Shown in pieces: positions 20,805 to 32,562 of a stretch of DNA of 64,000 bases; within the stretch, counting starts at the first letter, position 1, and every line of letters starts with the position of its first letter. A program made the position numbers and the translations under genes. The notes below the pieces were generated by a model. That model had not been told where the DNA came from. It was given only the letters and a program-made list of their open reading frames with translations, and ran no database searches. Location: IMG/VR virus record IMGVR_UViG_3300028601_000023, positions 32,001 to 96,000 of that record. The stretch is one strand, 5' to 3'. This stretch comes from a virus. Taxonomy: Duplodnaviria > Caudoviricetes.

Positions 20805-20962
20805 TGTTAACAGAAGGCTCTACTAGATCTAACATAAAATATAATATATTATCTCGAAGACCGACTTCTCCTCCACCAGCACCTAAAGCAAAGAATTCTA
20901 TTGACATCAAAGATGAATCTGAATATTCTAATCTTAACATAAACAAAATCACAGAGATTAAA

Positions 20963-22282
20963 GTGCACAAAGGAATTACACAGAAGATCATCGAAGCAGG
21001 GTTTGAATGTTATTATGTCGGCGGGTGTGTCCGTGATGAGATCATGGGTATTATTCCCGATGATTATGACATTACAACAAACGCCAAACCAGAAGAGATT
21101 TTTGAAATCTTCAAAGATTCTCATAAGGTAGTCTATTGTGGTGAAGCTTTCAAGGTTGTCCGTGTTGGAGACATTGAAGTTGCTACCTACAGAAAAGATC
21201 ATTACTTTGGCGATTCTGATAAGAACTGCGTAATTGAATACGCCAATTCTATTGAAGAGGATTTGAGCCGCAGAGATTTAACAGTGAATGCCATAGCCAA
21301 GTGCGCTAATACTGGAAAGATCGTTGATCCATTTAATGGAATGTTTGATATAAAGATCAGAGTCATTAGATTTGTTGGTGATCCATTTGAACGCATCAAG
21401 GAAGATCCAAATAGAATGATTCGTGTTGCGAGATTTGCTGCTAAAATGGATGCTATCCTAGCTTTTGAAACAGAAAGGGCAATTAGAAATTCTAATCACT
21501 TGTTTCAATATATTGCTAAGGAGAGAATATCAAAAGAGATTCTTAAGGCGATGAAGGCTAAGAAAGCCTCTTGGTTTTTCACAGTACTTTTGGATTGTGG
21601 ACTTCTAAAAGATATTTTTCCCACACTTGATAGATGCGTTTATCATGATGGTGGCCCCCATCATAAGGAAGATTTGTTTCAACACCAGATGATTGCTGGG
21701 GACTATATGTCGACTCGATGTGCAGTTATGAAACTTGCAGCGTATATCCATGATATTGGTAAAGTAAAAGCATATGATCCAACTGAAAGAACATTTATCG
21801 GTCATGAGTTTATCGGTGAAAAAGTTGCAAGAAAAGAACTAAAAGAACTGCGATTTTCCAATGATCTCATTGACCGAATATGTTCACTGATCAAACTTCA
21901 TATGAGAAACAACTATGGTTCTGAGAAAAGTGTTAGAAAGCTTATCAGAGAGTTCCAAGAACATCATATTGATTACCGATCACATACTCGCTTGAAGCTC
22001 TCAGACCGTGCTGGAAACCTTTCTAAGCCAAACTTCGCGTTCTCTGAGATCAAAGCTATTCTATTGAAATACGAAGAACTGTTTACGGCTGATCAGAATT
22101 CGGTATTCTCTATTCGAGATCTGGCTGTAAACGGTAAAGATATAATGGATCGGTTTGCTATGAATCCTGGAAAGAAGGTTGGTGAATTTCTATCATGTGC
22201 TCTTGAAGCTGTATTAGATAAGAAGGTGAACAATGAAAAAGAACCTCTATTGAGATATCTTTCAGCCACTTTATTTTATTGA
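20963..22282 (+). CDS. cca: CCA-adding tRNA nucleotidyltransferase with HD domain
   Basis: VGGCVRD, DYDI, DLSRRDLTVNA, EDPNRMIR and IHDIGK; GTG start inferred from the promoter at 20901-20929. Confidence 0.9.
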   Translation: MHKGITQKIIEAGFECYYVGGCVRDEIMGIIPDDYDITTNAKPEEIFEIFKDSHKVVYCGEAFKVVRVGDIEVATYRKDHYFGDSDKNCVIEYANSIEEDLSRRDLTVNAIAKCANTGKIVDPFNGMFDIKIRVIRFVGDPFERIKEDPNRMIRVARFAAKMDAILAFETERAIRNSNHLFQYIAKERISKEILKAMKAKKASWFFTVLLDCGLLKDIFPTLDRCVYHDGGPHHKEDLFQHQMIAGDYMSTRCAVMKLAAYIHDIGKVKAYDPTERTFIGHEFIGEKVARKELKELRFSNDLIDRICSLIKLHMRNNYGSEKSVRKLIREFQEHHIDYRSHTRLKLSDRAGNLSKPNFAFSEIKAILLKYEELFTADQNSVFSIRDLAVNGKDIMDRFAMNPGKKVGEFLSCALEAVLDKKVNNEKEPLLRYLSATLFY

Positions 22283-22343
22283 CATCTCTAAAAAAGATGG
22301 ATATTTCTGATTTTAACAAACACACTTTAGCAAGGAGAATTTA

Positions 22344-23012
22344 ATGATGATTAAAGGTAAGTGCCCCGTCTGTGGAACTGAAGGAACAACATACGATGGT
22401 TTTGGCTTTAGTTGTGGAAACAAGGAATGCCCTATCAGCTTGATTACTCTGTCATATCAGGATTGGCTGACATACTGCGACAGAGCAAAGGAACTTGTGG
22501 ATGCAGCATTCGCTCGTATGGATAAAACCGTATCAGGTGTAGAAGAAGTTCGAGAGGATCTTGATCCGCGGATGAGCTCAATCCTTTATCCTGTTGCCGA
22601 TTATTTCAAGAATGATCAATATATGTATTCCAGGAACTATTATTGGAATCGTGATCATGAAGAGATGATGCTTGATCCTTTCGGCGGGGCTGTGGTGTTG
22701 TATAACATTGATCCAGATACTTTGACAGTTTCTTACACTTATTACAAGAACACTCCAGCAGCGCGGTTTGTTAAAAGTATTCTTCGTGATACGGTGAAAA
22801 AACGCAACGAGCAGTGGAATGTTTATTCTGAAGTTTCTTTGATTGAAATTGAAAATCTAATGGATGAAGTAGATTATGATTATCTTGCTGAAGCTGCAGA
22901 AAACGGAGACAGCTATAAAGAACACCTTGGCGAAATGTTCTTGATCTTTCGAATTGCGTTTGCTCGGTATATCAAGAAGAAGCACGGAATTAAGTCTTCC
23001 TACCGAGTCTAA
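22344..23012 (+). CDS. Hypothetical protein with an N-terminal zinc ribbon
   Basis: CPVC...CGNKEC; AAGGAG RBS. Confidence 0.55.
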   Translation: MMIKGKCPVCGTEGTTYDGFGFSCGNKECPISLITLSYQDWLTYCDRAKELVDAAFARMDKTVSGVEEVREDLDPRMSSILYPVADYFKNDQYMYSRNYYWNRDHEEMMLDPFGGAVVLYNIDPDTLTVSYTYYKNTPAARFVKSILRDTVKKRNEQWNVYSEVSLIEIENLMDEVDYDYLAEAAENGDSYKEHLGEMFLIFRIAFARYIKKKHGIKSSYRV

Positions 23013-23404
23013 ATTTTAGGAAGTAGGTTTTGTAGGTCTGAGTCTATACGAAGTCTTATGAGATCTACTTCCGGAATTTCTGATGGACATCGGTAAATAA
23101 ACTGCAGATATGTTTTGACTTCGGAATGAACATCTTCAGAACAGATAAAAAACAACAACCTGGCTAATGAATTTCCTTCAAAGACGTTAGCCAGTTTTAT
23201 GATTAGGTTTAGAATCGTTTGATGATAGATCGGTGGAGTATTTTCAGATGGGTATTTTTGTATTAGAATACATTTAGATACTAAAGAAAACTTTCGCAGA
23301 TCAGAAAAGAAATCGTTCCATGTTCCTTTCCCTTTATTATAATGGCGAATTGCATATAACATATATGTAGATTTATTTAAAGGCTCGTTCCAAATCATTT
23401 GCAC
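23009..23404 (-). CDS. Conserved T4-like hypothetical protein, the only credible minus-strand gene
   Basis: YAIRHY..FFSDLRKF..ILNLIIKLANVF..LLFF pattern; fills the gap between + strand genes. Confidence 0.7.
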   Translation of the reverse strand: MQMIWNEPLNKSTYMLYAIRHYNKGKGTWNDFFSDLRKFSLVSKCILIQKYPSENTPPIYHQTILNLIIKLANVFEGNSLARLLFFICSEDVHSEVKTYLQFIYRCPSEIPEVDLIRLRIDSDLQNLLPKI

Positions 23405-23681
23405 TCCGAGGTTATTATGGATCCTATTGAAGTTATTTATTCAGCGTATCAGATGAAGATGATGGTCTGCTGGATCTTTCTAGCAGCGTTCCTTACATCA
23501 GCTATTATCTGTATTAATATTATACATAAATCTGAGCGTTGTACGTCTGATGCAGTTGGATTTGCTTTGATCATTGGTGCTATCGGTTGTTTATTAACAG
23601 TAGTAACAATGATGGGTATGAATCCCTCTCAAGATCTTATTCGAGTTATTGCAGTTATGAACGCTACAATTTGTCAATAAG

Positions 23682-24668
23682 ATGGCTGATCTCGTATTAC
23701 AACAGAAATATATATCGTTGCTTGGAGCTCAATTAGACGGCTTCAAGCAACGCAAACCAAATTGCTGGTGGTTCCGTTGTCCAATCTGTGGAGACTCTGA
23801 GACCGACAAAAAGAAGCGCCGAGGCTATATATATTTAAAGAACGGAGAATATTGGTACTATTGCCATAATTGTGGGCAAGGCCAAAAGTTTGAACGATTG
23901 CTTTATGCTACAAACGGAGATCTATATTCCGATTATAGAAAAGAGAATCTGATTGCACGGTTGGTATTCTCAGATAAGAAAGCTCCAGAAGAAATCAAAA
24001 CCAAGCAATGGATCTTCAAACAAAAACCAATCGCGTCTATTGCTGATCTTCCAGAATCTCATCAGGCGTATAAGTATCTTGTTTCTAGATGTATACCTAA
24101 AGAGAATTACAGTAAGGTCAAATGGGTTGATGATTATCCGACTCTAGTTCGTACAACTATTCCAGAGAAATATGATGATACCAAGATGCATCGGTCTGGG
24201 ATCTTGTTTGAACTATTCAATAAGGATTCTGATCTTGTAGGCTATCAACTGCGGTCTATAGATCCGTCTGTTAAAAAACAATATCGTTTTTGTAATGCGT
24301 CTATCGGAGAAGAACGCGGATTCTTTGGTAGTCTTGATTTGTCTCAGCCACATTTTGTTGTTGAGGGATGTATGGATGCTTTGAGTATTCCAAATGCTAT
24401 GGCTGTAATTACGTCAGACCTTTCTGCTGCTAATGTTCCAACAGCTATCTATTTCAATGACCAGGAACCGCGAAACTCTCAGATCGTCAAACAGATTGAA
24501 AAGGAAATCTCTTTGGGCTATTCGGTTGTTCTATTGCCTGATGAATATATTGGAATGGACGCAAATGATCTTCTCAAAAGATTTGGAGATTCGACTAAAG
24601 AATTCTTGCTGAATCACGTCTATTCTGGTCTAAAAGCAAAAATCAAACTCGCAGGGTGGAGAAAATGA
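23682..24668 (+). CDS. 61: DNA primase (gp61)
   Basis: Zinc finger RCPICGDS...YCHNC; TOPRIM VEGCMDA, DQEPRN and DAND. Confidence 0.92.
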   Translation: MADLVLQQKYISLLGAQLDGFKQRKPNCWWFRCPICGDSETDKKKRRGYIYLKNGEYWYYCHNCGQGQKFERLLYATNGDLYSDYRKENLIARLVFSDKKAPEEIKTKQWIFKQKPIASIADLPESHQAYKYLVSRCIPKENYSKVKWVDDYPTLVRTTIPEKYDDTKMHRSGILFELFNKDSDLVGYQLRSIDPSVKKQYRFCNASIGEERGFFGSLDLSQPHFVVEGCMDALSIPNAMAVITSDLSAANVPTAIYFNDQEPRNSQIVKQIEKEISLGYSVVLLPDEYIGMDANDLLKRFGDSTKEFLLNHVYSGLKAKIKLAGWRK

Positions 24669-24912
24669 AATTGTTGACAGTTCTTCTATTATTGATTAGT
24701 ATTTTTTTAAGTATGAATTGTTTTGCTTTTCCGTTTGATTATATCGTAACAGGATCCGGAGACGGCAAAGAAGTCACTGGATATCTTACTGAAAATGAGA
24801 ATGGAACTATTCGAGGATCAGTTGACAGTTCATATGTTGAATGTTCATGGGTTGGATATGGAATTTTGGAATGTCAATCAGTGGAAAACTTTTATGAAAT
24901 GGAAGTGACAGA

Positions 24913-25950
24913 ATGAAAGAAAAAATCTTAGAAACCATTCAGAATAATATGCCAGACGGCTATGATCTCCTGTATGCTGCTATTACAGGATCAAGGCTTT
25001 ACGGAACTCATAACGAAAATTCTGATACTGATGTAAAGTTTATCTTCAAACCTTCGTTAGATGATTGTATCCTCGGTATTGCTTCTAGAAACCTGAATAT
25101 GAATACATCTAATGATAAAGAAGCAAATTCTAAAGATGACATAGATATTCAAGGATGGTCTATCCAGTTCTTTTTAGATCTTCTGCGTAAAGGTGATACT
25201 AACGCTATTGATGTTCTGTATTCAATAAGCAATACTGATTGTGTTGTATATTATCCAGAGAAAAGAGGTGCTACATATCAGTATTCTATGATCATGGAAG
25301 ATCTGTTTAGTAATCCTCTTGCTTATTTTGATCTGACTAATATGAGAGGATTGCTTGGGTATGTCGTGTCAATGTCAGATAAGTACGGGCTTAAGGGAAG
25401 TCGATATTCTAAGTTGCTTGAAGTCTCTAAAGTCACAGATGAAGAAGTCGACAAAATGTTATTCAAGGATTTGGATCCAATTCGTCTAGATGATATCTAC
25501 GAAAAGATCCTTGAGAAATGCGGAGACAATACTTTCTGCAAATACGAAGTTTGCCAAGATAAAAGAAAAGCTATTCGTCTTGGTGGAAAAGTTCATTTAT
25601 TAGATATCTCCATTCATGAATTCATGAGAAGGCTTGATTCAGAACTTAGTAGATACGGTGAACGAACTAAGAAAGCCCTTGATGGATCTGATTGGAAGGC
25701 TCTTTCCCACGCTTATAGAGGAATCGTCCAGATAGCTGAATTGCTTGATACTTATAATCTGATTTTTCCACTACAGAGAGCCAATGTTCTAAAAGAAATC
25801 AAAGAAGGAAAACTGTCTATGGAAAATGTGAATCAGATGATAAGTTCTGGTTTACAAATTGTAGAAGATGAATTAAAAAATACTAAACGGACAAAAAAGG
25901 TAGACCACAATTTGATTAACAAAACAATTTTAGACCTGTACGGAGTTTAG
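24913..25950 (+). CDS. Pol-beta-family nucleotidyltransferase (RlaP/NrdC.11-like)
   Basis: GSRLYGTHNENSDTD and DWKALSHAYR. Confidence 0.8.
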   Translation: MKEKILETIQNNMPDGYDLLYAAITGSRLYGTHNENSDTDVKFIFKPSLDDCILGIASRNLNMNTSNDKEANSKDDIDIQGWSIQFFLDLLRKGDTNAIDVLYSISNTDCVVYYPEKRGATYQYSMIMEDLFSNPLAYFDLTNMRGLLGYVVSMSDKYGLKGSRYSKLLEVSKVTDEEVDKMLFKDLDPIRLDDIYEKILEKCGDNTFCKYEVCQDKRKAIRLGGKVHLLDISIHEFMRRLDSELSRYGERTKKALDGSDWKALSHAYRGIVQIAELLDTYNLIFPLQRANVLKEIKEGKLSMENVNQMISSGLQIVEDELKNTKRTKKVDHNLINKTILDLYGV

Positions 25951-26466
25951 AAGATGAGCAATGAAAACTATACGGATCTTTATAAAAGCAAGATATCTCA
26001 TGAACTTGCCTTGGAAATCCTAGAAGAGATTGCTAAGTCAATCGGAACTTCGTTATATAGTATGACAGGTATGAGCGAATATGATCATCTTGGTGTTGAA
26101 TTTGGTTTGGGTAATTTGGTGAACAACATCAGAAGAATCAACTCAGATGCAAAAGAATATTATGAACTCCGGAAAATTCTAAAGAAGGCTGTATCATAAT
26201 GCAAAAGGTATATTGTATGGGATGTGAGTATTTTGATATGAACCGTTCTACATCTCTTACTCCGTGTGATTATATTAAAAAGAAATGTGTTGTGGATACT
26301 CCTATAGCTCAAGAATACAGATTTGAAAAGGCTTTTCCATATATTGATAATGCAGACAACAATTGTTTTTATTATACTCCAAGGCAACCAAAGAAGAAAG
26401 AACCAACACATATCCTTGGTAAAGTATGCAAATTTTTACAAACATATTTCGGATAGGAGTCTATAA

Positions 26467-26850
26467 ATGAAAATTAGAACCGGCTTTGTTTCCAACAGTT
26501 CCTCAAGCAGTTTCATCTGCCAGATCTGTAATGATGAACGAGAAGGGTGGGACTGGAACAACCACTGTGGAGATAAGCTGACATGTGTTAATGGTCATTG
26601 TTTCTGTCAGAGCCATATAGATAATGATTCACCGACATATAACACAGTTGAGCGCTATCGGAAAAACGATGAACCGATTCCAGCTATTCTTTGTCCGATT
26701 TGTTCTGTCGTAGCAACAGAAGCTCTAAAGTTTAAGAATGTCTTATTTTATCTATTGAAGAAATACGATCTAAAATATGTTGACATTGTGGATGAGATGG
26801 GTATATTGTTCAAAACGAACGAAGAACTTGACCGATATCTGAGGAGCTGA
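26467..26850 (+). CDS. NSSSSS-leader protein 1 (Cys-rich)
   Basis: MKIRTGFVSNSSSSSF followed by CxxC, CxxGHxFC and CPIC. Confidence 0.7.
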   Translation: MKIRTGFVSNSSSSSFICQICNDEREGWDWNNHCGDKLTCVNGHCFCQSHIDNDSPTYNTVERYRKNDEPIPAILCPICSVVATEALKFKNVLFYLLKKYDLKYVDIVDEMGILFKTNEELDRYLRS

Positions 26851-26945
26851 TATGAATACTGAAATAATAGACAGTATTATTTCTATTACTGAGAAATATA
26901 TGCAAAAACTAAAAGAAGAAATCGAAACTCTATAGGAGAATAAGA

Positions 26946-27329
26946 ATGAAAATTAGAACGGGATTTGTAAGTAATTCTAGTAGTTCCAGTTTTATTTGTG
27001 ATTATTGTGGAGACGTTGAGTCTGGTTATGATCTGTCTATGGAAGACGTAGAACACGCTCAATTTACTTGTGGTCATGAAGTTTGTCTGTCTCATATTCC
27101 AAATTCGATAAGAGAATCTGATGAATGGGAAGAAGCCTGGAGTGAAGAAGGTGGGTGGGATATGCCAGAAAAATGGTGCCCAATCTGTAACTTTGAAGTC
27201 ATTGATGATGCAACGGTTCTAGCTTTTATTTGTAAAGTATGTGATTTTGACCGAAACACAATTAAAAATGAAATTCGTGATAGGTTTAATAATATGAAAG
27301 AACTTCGTGAATTCCTTGGTGAAAAATGA
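26946..27329 (+). CDS. NSSSSS-leader protein 2 (Cys-rich)
   Basis: MKIRTGFVSNSSSSSF followed by CDYC, CGHEVC and CPIC. Confidence 0.7.
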   Translation: MKIRTGFVSNSSSSSFICDYCGDVESGYDLSMEDVEHAQFTCGHEVCLSHIPNSIRESDEWEEAWSEEGGWDMPEKWCPICNFEVIDDATVLAFICKVCDFDRNTIKNEIRDRFNNMKELREFLGEK

Positions 27330-28419
27330 TATCCTGTACAGGATGCAAGTTTCTAATCTGGCGCAATAGAATTCCATATTGTCAGAATCAACTATCTAAC
27401 TATTATATGGTCCCGCTATTGAAGTACGAAGATCTTGTCGGACCAGGCTGTCGTTACAAGGAATAAGAATGATTACACCATATGCTGATCATAAAGTCAT
27501 GAGAGATATGCTGAAATATTCTATTGACGATAAATCTCAAAATTGGGATACAATCTCAAACGGCATGTTAGATGTGGTTGCAAATCATGATCTGACTGCT
27601 GGTGATGTAGATTGGAAAGAGCTCATGGAAAACACTCTATACAAAAATATAACAAACAATGCGTGGATAACTTCGATTACTCCACCGTTTGATCCACCAC
27701 TTCAAGACTATCCAATATACACAAATTCAGAATCTTCATACAAAAAAGATTTTGAGATGAAGTTCTTAGTCAAAAAAGGTATTCCGATTCGAGTTCTATC
27801 TCTACAGATGAGTTCTGATCCGAAAGAAGAAATAAAGATTGAAGAAGATTCTATCTTCGACAGCAAAACAAATAAAGACAACCTTCTTCACTTAACAGAT
27901 GCTCTTTATATGTCCCCAGATACAAAGTATGGTCATTTTCGAGCAGTTCTAGACAATAGTCATTCAGAAATTGGATCACTGTTTCTCAGTTCTTTTGTTG
28001 CTGGCATCAATCACAAACTGAAGAATATTTGGAAGAGTTCTTTGTCTGTTCCGTTTATGCTGAATTATATAATTAAACGCGGTGAGATCGTTTTTGTTAG
28101 AACGTATCTGACAACTAAACACTTTATGTTCGTCAACTGTGCTAATGTAGAAATTGTTTTAGATGTTCCGGCATACTAAAATTCTTGTTGACAGAACTCC
28201 AAGGTTTAGTTATTCTAAACTTAATTGATCGGAAACAACTACCTCGGAGTTCCAGATGAGAAAAAATACTTACAAAAACGAGAATGAATTTGCTAAAATT
28301 GTTGCTCAGTCGATTGGAACGGTTCTTGCAGCTGGGTCCATTCTATTTTCAATGTGGTTTATCGTTTGTGTATTAGCATCTTTCAATAATCTGTTTTAAT
28401 TAACTAAAGGAGATCTCTC

Positions 28420-29040
28420 ATGTATTCACGTAGACTGACTAATGAAATTCGAGACATTACTAGAAACAATTGTTATAAGCATCTAGATGATGAGCGAGCA
28501 AAGAATCCTCTACAGATTGAACTCAATGAAAAAACTGATATTCTTGTAGAACGGTTCTTGAAACTTGTATATGAGCATTCAATGCCAGAAGAAGATTTTA
28601 AAGTCATCATGAAATATAAGAACCAATCAGAAGCATTGAGATTCTGGTTGAGAAAAAACACAGACGACACCAATAACGTCTTCTACGAGTTTTCTGCATG
28701 GGGAAAAACTATAATGATAGTAGCAATTCGAGTACCTCGGTTCGTATATTATGATTCTGCTGAAAAGATTATTAATATGACATATAAATCATTTGATAAA
28801 AAGTTTATTGCTGATATCTATGAACTCGCTTATATCCTGAAATGCGAGGAAGAGAAAGCAAAAGCCTCTATCAAAACTATTCTGCAGCGATTTAGTACTA
28901 CTGGAAAACTTGTAGAAGCATATCCTGAAATGGAAAAGTTTATTCCAGCACAATTCAAAACAAAAGAACCTAGATCAGATTCAAAAGGTCCAGCTGACCG
29001 TCTAGATCTTGATATTGATCTCCCTTCATTGTTGAACTGA
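28420..29040 (+). CDS. Hypothetical protein
   Basis: AAGGAG RBS; C-terminal TTGKLVEAYPEMEKFIP. Confidence 0.55.
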   Translation: MYSRRLTNEIRDITRNNCYKHLDDERAKNPLQIELNEKTDILVERFLKLVYEHSMPEEDFKVIMKYKNQSEALRFWLRKNTDDTNNVFYEFSAWGKTIMIVAIRVPRFVYYDSAEKIINMTYKSFDKKFIADIYELAYILKCEEEKAKASIKTILQRFSTTGKLVEAYPEMEKFIPAQFKTKEPRSDSKGPADRLDLDIDLPSLLN

Positions 29041-29417
29041 TATGTATAATATAACCGAGAAATGTGTGGTTTGTGGATCGCCTAATATAAAGATATTTCA
29101 AACAGAATATGGAACATCTATTCTATGTGAACGTTGCCATACAATTCTCGGCTATGATTGGATGATTCAGTTGCGGAACAAACTGGAACAGCTACAAGAA
29201 TACAAACGACAAGAGCAAGAGACACTTCAAAGATCTTTTATTGAACATCAAAAGAAACAATCTTTACAGCGTCGACTTCCAGATTCTATTGCACCAGACA
29301 GGAGAAAATCTGAACGACGAACTCCCGTTTATATCCTTCCATCATGAATGAGTTGACAAGCATATCTTAAATAGTTATTCTAATCATATCTTTTAAAACA
29401 AACCACGGAGTTTTGGA

Positions 29418-29879
29418 ATGGCCGATATTTTTAGATTCGAAGTTTTTGATAGAACTATTGGTAGACATAAAGGTGTATATTCTTACGACTATCTTTGGCG
29501 ATTAGAAGAACATGAGCATTCAACAGGAAGACCCGGGCCAATTTCTGATAAAGGACTAAATAAAAAATGGAATCCGTTCAAGAGAAAGAATTTTGTTGAT
29601 GACTATGATCTATTCTTTGGATTTGATACTATTGAGAAAATGATCAGATGGTTCTCTAATCGGGACGAACTTCAGATGATCTTTGGTCTTCAAGAAAGAG
29701 AAGGATACTTGAGAGGTTGTTTTTGTATCTATGAAGATATTGAGAAATTCTTTTCTTCCAGGTATCAAGCAGCATTCATCAAACCCAATTATGAACCAAA
29801 AAGAATCTATACTTTTGAAGAATATAATACTTTTTTAAAAACTGGAGATAGAAATGCCTGTTGTAGAATTCCTTGCTAG
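29418..29879 (+). CDS. Early hypothetical protein, possibly ADP-ribosyltransferase-like fold
   Basis: IFRFE..GVY..RPGPISD..FGFDT..WF pattern; has its own promoter at 29353. Confidence 0.3.
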   Translation: MADIFRFEVFDRTIGRHKGVYSYDYLWRLEEHEHSTGRPGPISDKGLNKKWNPFKRKNFVDDYDLFFGFDTIEKMIRWFSNRDELQMIFGLQEREGYLRGCFCIYEDIEKFFSSRYQAAFIKPNYEPKRIYTFEEYNTFLKTGDRNACCRIPC

Positions 29880-31011
29880 ATTTTCGGATAAAATGGAAGG
29901 TCTTGCAAAACTTGAAGAACTTTATGGAATCAAAGCCCGTGTCTATGATAATTTCTTTCTCTTGAACTATTCTCAAATCGACTCTCCGAAGATGGATCCA
30001 ATTGTTACTGAATGTCGAGGACTCATTCTTGACTGGGATCTTCATGTTCTACGCAGACCTTTTGATCGATTCTTTAACTATGGAGAAGCTGATACTGATA
30101 AGACTTTTGATTTCAATGGATCTATCTGTTATGAAAAAGTTGATGGATCTATTGTTCCAATTTGGTATAATGGATTTGATGGAGAATGGCGAGCAGGAAC
30201 TCGTGGAACCGCCTTTGCTGAAACAGAATGTGCATCTGGTAGATTATTTTCTGATCTGATCTTAGATACACTTGAATGTACTCCGCATTATTTGTTGGCG
30301 CGTGCTGAGAAATCATTACAGACTTCTTTGAATAATTATACTTTCATTTTTGAGTTGTGTACTCCAGAGAACAGAGTAGTTACAAGATATCCGGAATCTT
30401 TTATGGCTCTACTTGCTATTAGAAACAATGTGTCTGGAAGTTATAAGTCTCAGGGGTCTGTTGCATTTTTCAATAATCTGTTTGGACATATTCAGATGAC
30501 CGCTGGTGTTCCTATTTCTATTCGTCTGCCAAAGACATATGATATCTATGATATTGATTCGGCTAGGTTTTCAATGAAAGATCTTGACACTCTTGAAGAA
30601 GGATATGTATTCTATAATCCGAAGACTCAAGAACGAGTAAAAGTAAAGAACCCTTCTTATGTTGCTATCCATCATATTCGAGATAACGGCAACGTAAATC
30701 CGAGAAGGATCTGTGATCTCGTCTTTCTGAATGAGACTGATGAATATCTTCAGTACTTTCCAGAAGATTTCAAATTCTTTTCTCCTTGGATTGATGCTTA
30801 CAACAAATTTCATGAGACAGCTATCGAGATCTACGAAAAGAATAAGCATATAGAATCTCAGAAGGAATTTGCTCTACAAGTAAAAGATCTTCCATATTCT
30901 GGTCTATTATTTGGTATGAGACAAGGAAAAAGTTTTTCAGAGTGCATAAATCGGTTGCATTCCGATAAGAAAGTAGATATACTAAATTCATTCAAAGGAA
31001 ATGGAGAATAA
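29854..31011 (+). CDS. rnlA: RNA ligase 1 (Rnl1)
   Basis: ECRGLI, RFFNYGE, EKVDGS, TFIFEL, EEGYV and RVKVKNPSY. Confidence 0.92.
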   Translation: MPVVEFLARFSDKMEGLAKLEELYGIKARVYDNFFLLNYSQIDSPKMDPIVTECRGLILDWDLHVLRRPFDRFFNYGEADTDKTFDFNGSICYEKVDGSIVPIWYNGFDGEWRAGTRGTAFAETECASGRLFSDLILDTLECTPHYLLARAEKSLQTSLNNYTFIFELCTPENRVVTRYPESFMALLAIRNNVSGSYKSQGSVAFFNNLFGHIQMTAGVPISIRLPKTYDIYDIDSARFSMKDLDTLEEGYVFYNPKTQERVKVKNPSYVAIHHIRDNGNVNPRRICDLVFLNETDEYLQYFPEDFKFFSPWIDAYNKFHETAIEIYEKNKHIESQKEFALQVKDLPYSGLLFGMRQGKSFSECINRLHSDKKVDILNSFKGNGE

Positions 31012-31569
31012 ATGAATAAAGAAATGATAGAACTTGTAGAAGAATTGAAAAGAGTATTTGAAGAGCAGAACAAAAGAATTCAGGATCTTGAGCAGATAGT
31101 TGTTCATCAGCAGGGGCAGTTGGATTTTCTAGAACGTAAATCTCATAAGGATACGGTACATTAGAATGACTGATGACATTATAATTGTAATTATTGCTTT
31201 CTTGGCTGGTGTTGCTGTGCACTTTAAAAAATATGATCAAGCTGTTTTTACTATACTTTTGTTTTTTTCTATTTTGGCGAAAATGTCATGAAAATTCAGA
31301 TCTCTCCTTCTGGCGAGCTTGAGATCTTTCGGTCTCACGGATTCAAAACACAAAAATGTATCTTTACTGAAGCAAAATCCTGTGGAGACAGGTGCCCACA
31401 TTTCAGTGAACCTGTGGAAGTTTACAATGCTTCTGGAACAAAATCTATGTGTATTACTATATGTAATGGAAAGGACTTATTCTCAAAACTAGATGATTTC
31501 CAAGATCTTAGAACTAAACAGATATCTGAATACGATTATAACATTAAACTCCCAATAGAGGAATAGAGC

Positions 31570-32562
31570 ATGCAAGTAAACAAAATCCCCACTGGCTATC
31601 TCTGTGTCAACGAATATTCTAAAGGTCAGTTGGAATTTCTTTCGATTGGTGACTATGGAAAGTCAAAGAATATTAAAGCAGATTTTCTCGGATATTCTCG
31701 AGATCTCAATGGAGTTCCAAATGGCAGCATTGCTCCTCTCCAAGAGAAATGGGTGATCACACTGTCTACTCAGTATGGATGTTCTATGAAATGCAAATTC
31801 TGTGACTGCCCGTCTATTCCATTCAAAGGCAATGCTACTGTTGACGATCTGAAGAATCAACTTGTAGATGCTATTAATTTGTTCCCTGAAGTAAAGTATA
31901 CAGACCGGCTTAATATCCACCTAGCACGCTGTGGGGAACCGGTTGCCAACTTTCTTAAGGTTTTCAACTTTTGCAACTGGCTTGCTGATAAAAGAGCATT
32001 TCAATCTCGGACAAATCTAAGAGTTGAAACGATTCATCCAGTATTTACTACAATGGTTCCAAAGCATAGTTTTTGTTCTGATGTCATCCGTGATTGGGCT
32101 GCGGAATATAAGAACGGAAAGTTCAATGGACAAGCTGGACTGCAACTGTCTATCAATAGCACGTCTGATGAACAGCGAAATGAAATGTTTTCAGGGATGT
32201 CAAAGTCTCTAGAAGATATCTCAAAAATCTGTGAGAAACTTGAAGATCCGCTTGGACGTAAGTACTGTTTGAACTTTGCATATTCTGATCAGTTTGAAAT
32301 CGATGCTCGAAAGCTGAGAAATTTGTTTGATCCTCAGAAGTTCATGTGTAAGATTACTCCGATCCATAATAACACAGCATGTCAGAAGAATTCGTATCAG
32401 ACTACCACAGGTTATGAATCTTATAAGCCGTATAGCAAAGTAGAAGCTGAACTAAAAGCTGAAGGATTTAATGTCCTGGTATTTGTTCCGTCTATGGATG
32501 AAGAAGACGGTCTTGTAACATGCGGTAACCTTATCTTGTCTGGAAGGGAACTACAGGTATAA
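31570..32562 (+). CDS. RlmN/Cfr-like radical SAM protein
   Basis: STQYGCSMKCKFC, CGEP, LQLSINS and C-terminal TCGNL. Confidence 0.8.
   Translation: MQVNKIPTGYLCVNEYSKGQLEFLSIGDYGKSKNIKADFLGYSRDLNGVPNGSIAPLQEKWVITLSTQYGCSMKCKFCDCPSIPFKGNATVDDLKNQLVDAINLFPEVKYTDRLNIHLARCGEPVANFLKVFNFCNWLADKRAFQSRTNLRVETIHPVFTTMVPKHSFCSDVIRDWAAEYKNGKFNGQAGLQLSINSTSDEQRNEMFSGMSKSLEDISKICEKLEDPLGRKYCLNFAYSDQFEIDARKLRNLFDPQKFMCKITPIHNNTACQKNSYQTTTGYESYKPYSKVEAELKAEGFNVLVFVPSMDEEDGLVTCGNLILSGRELQV

Noticed and set aside
20747-20962. N-terminal extension of the CCA enzyme given in the ORF track
   Set aside because: It overlaps a separate small ORF and contains a consensus promoter at 20901; GTG at 20963 is the better start.
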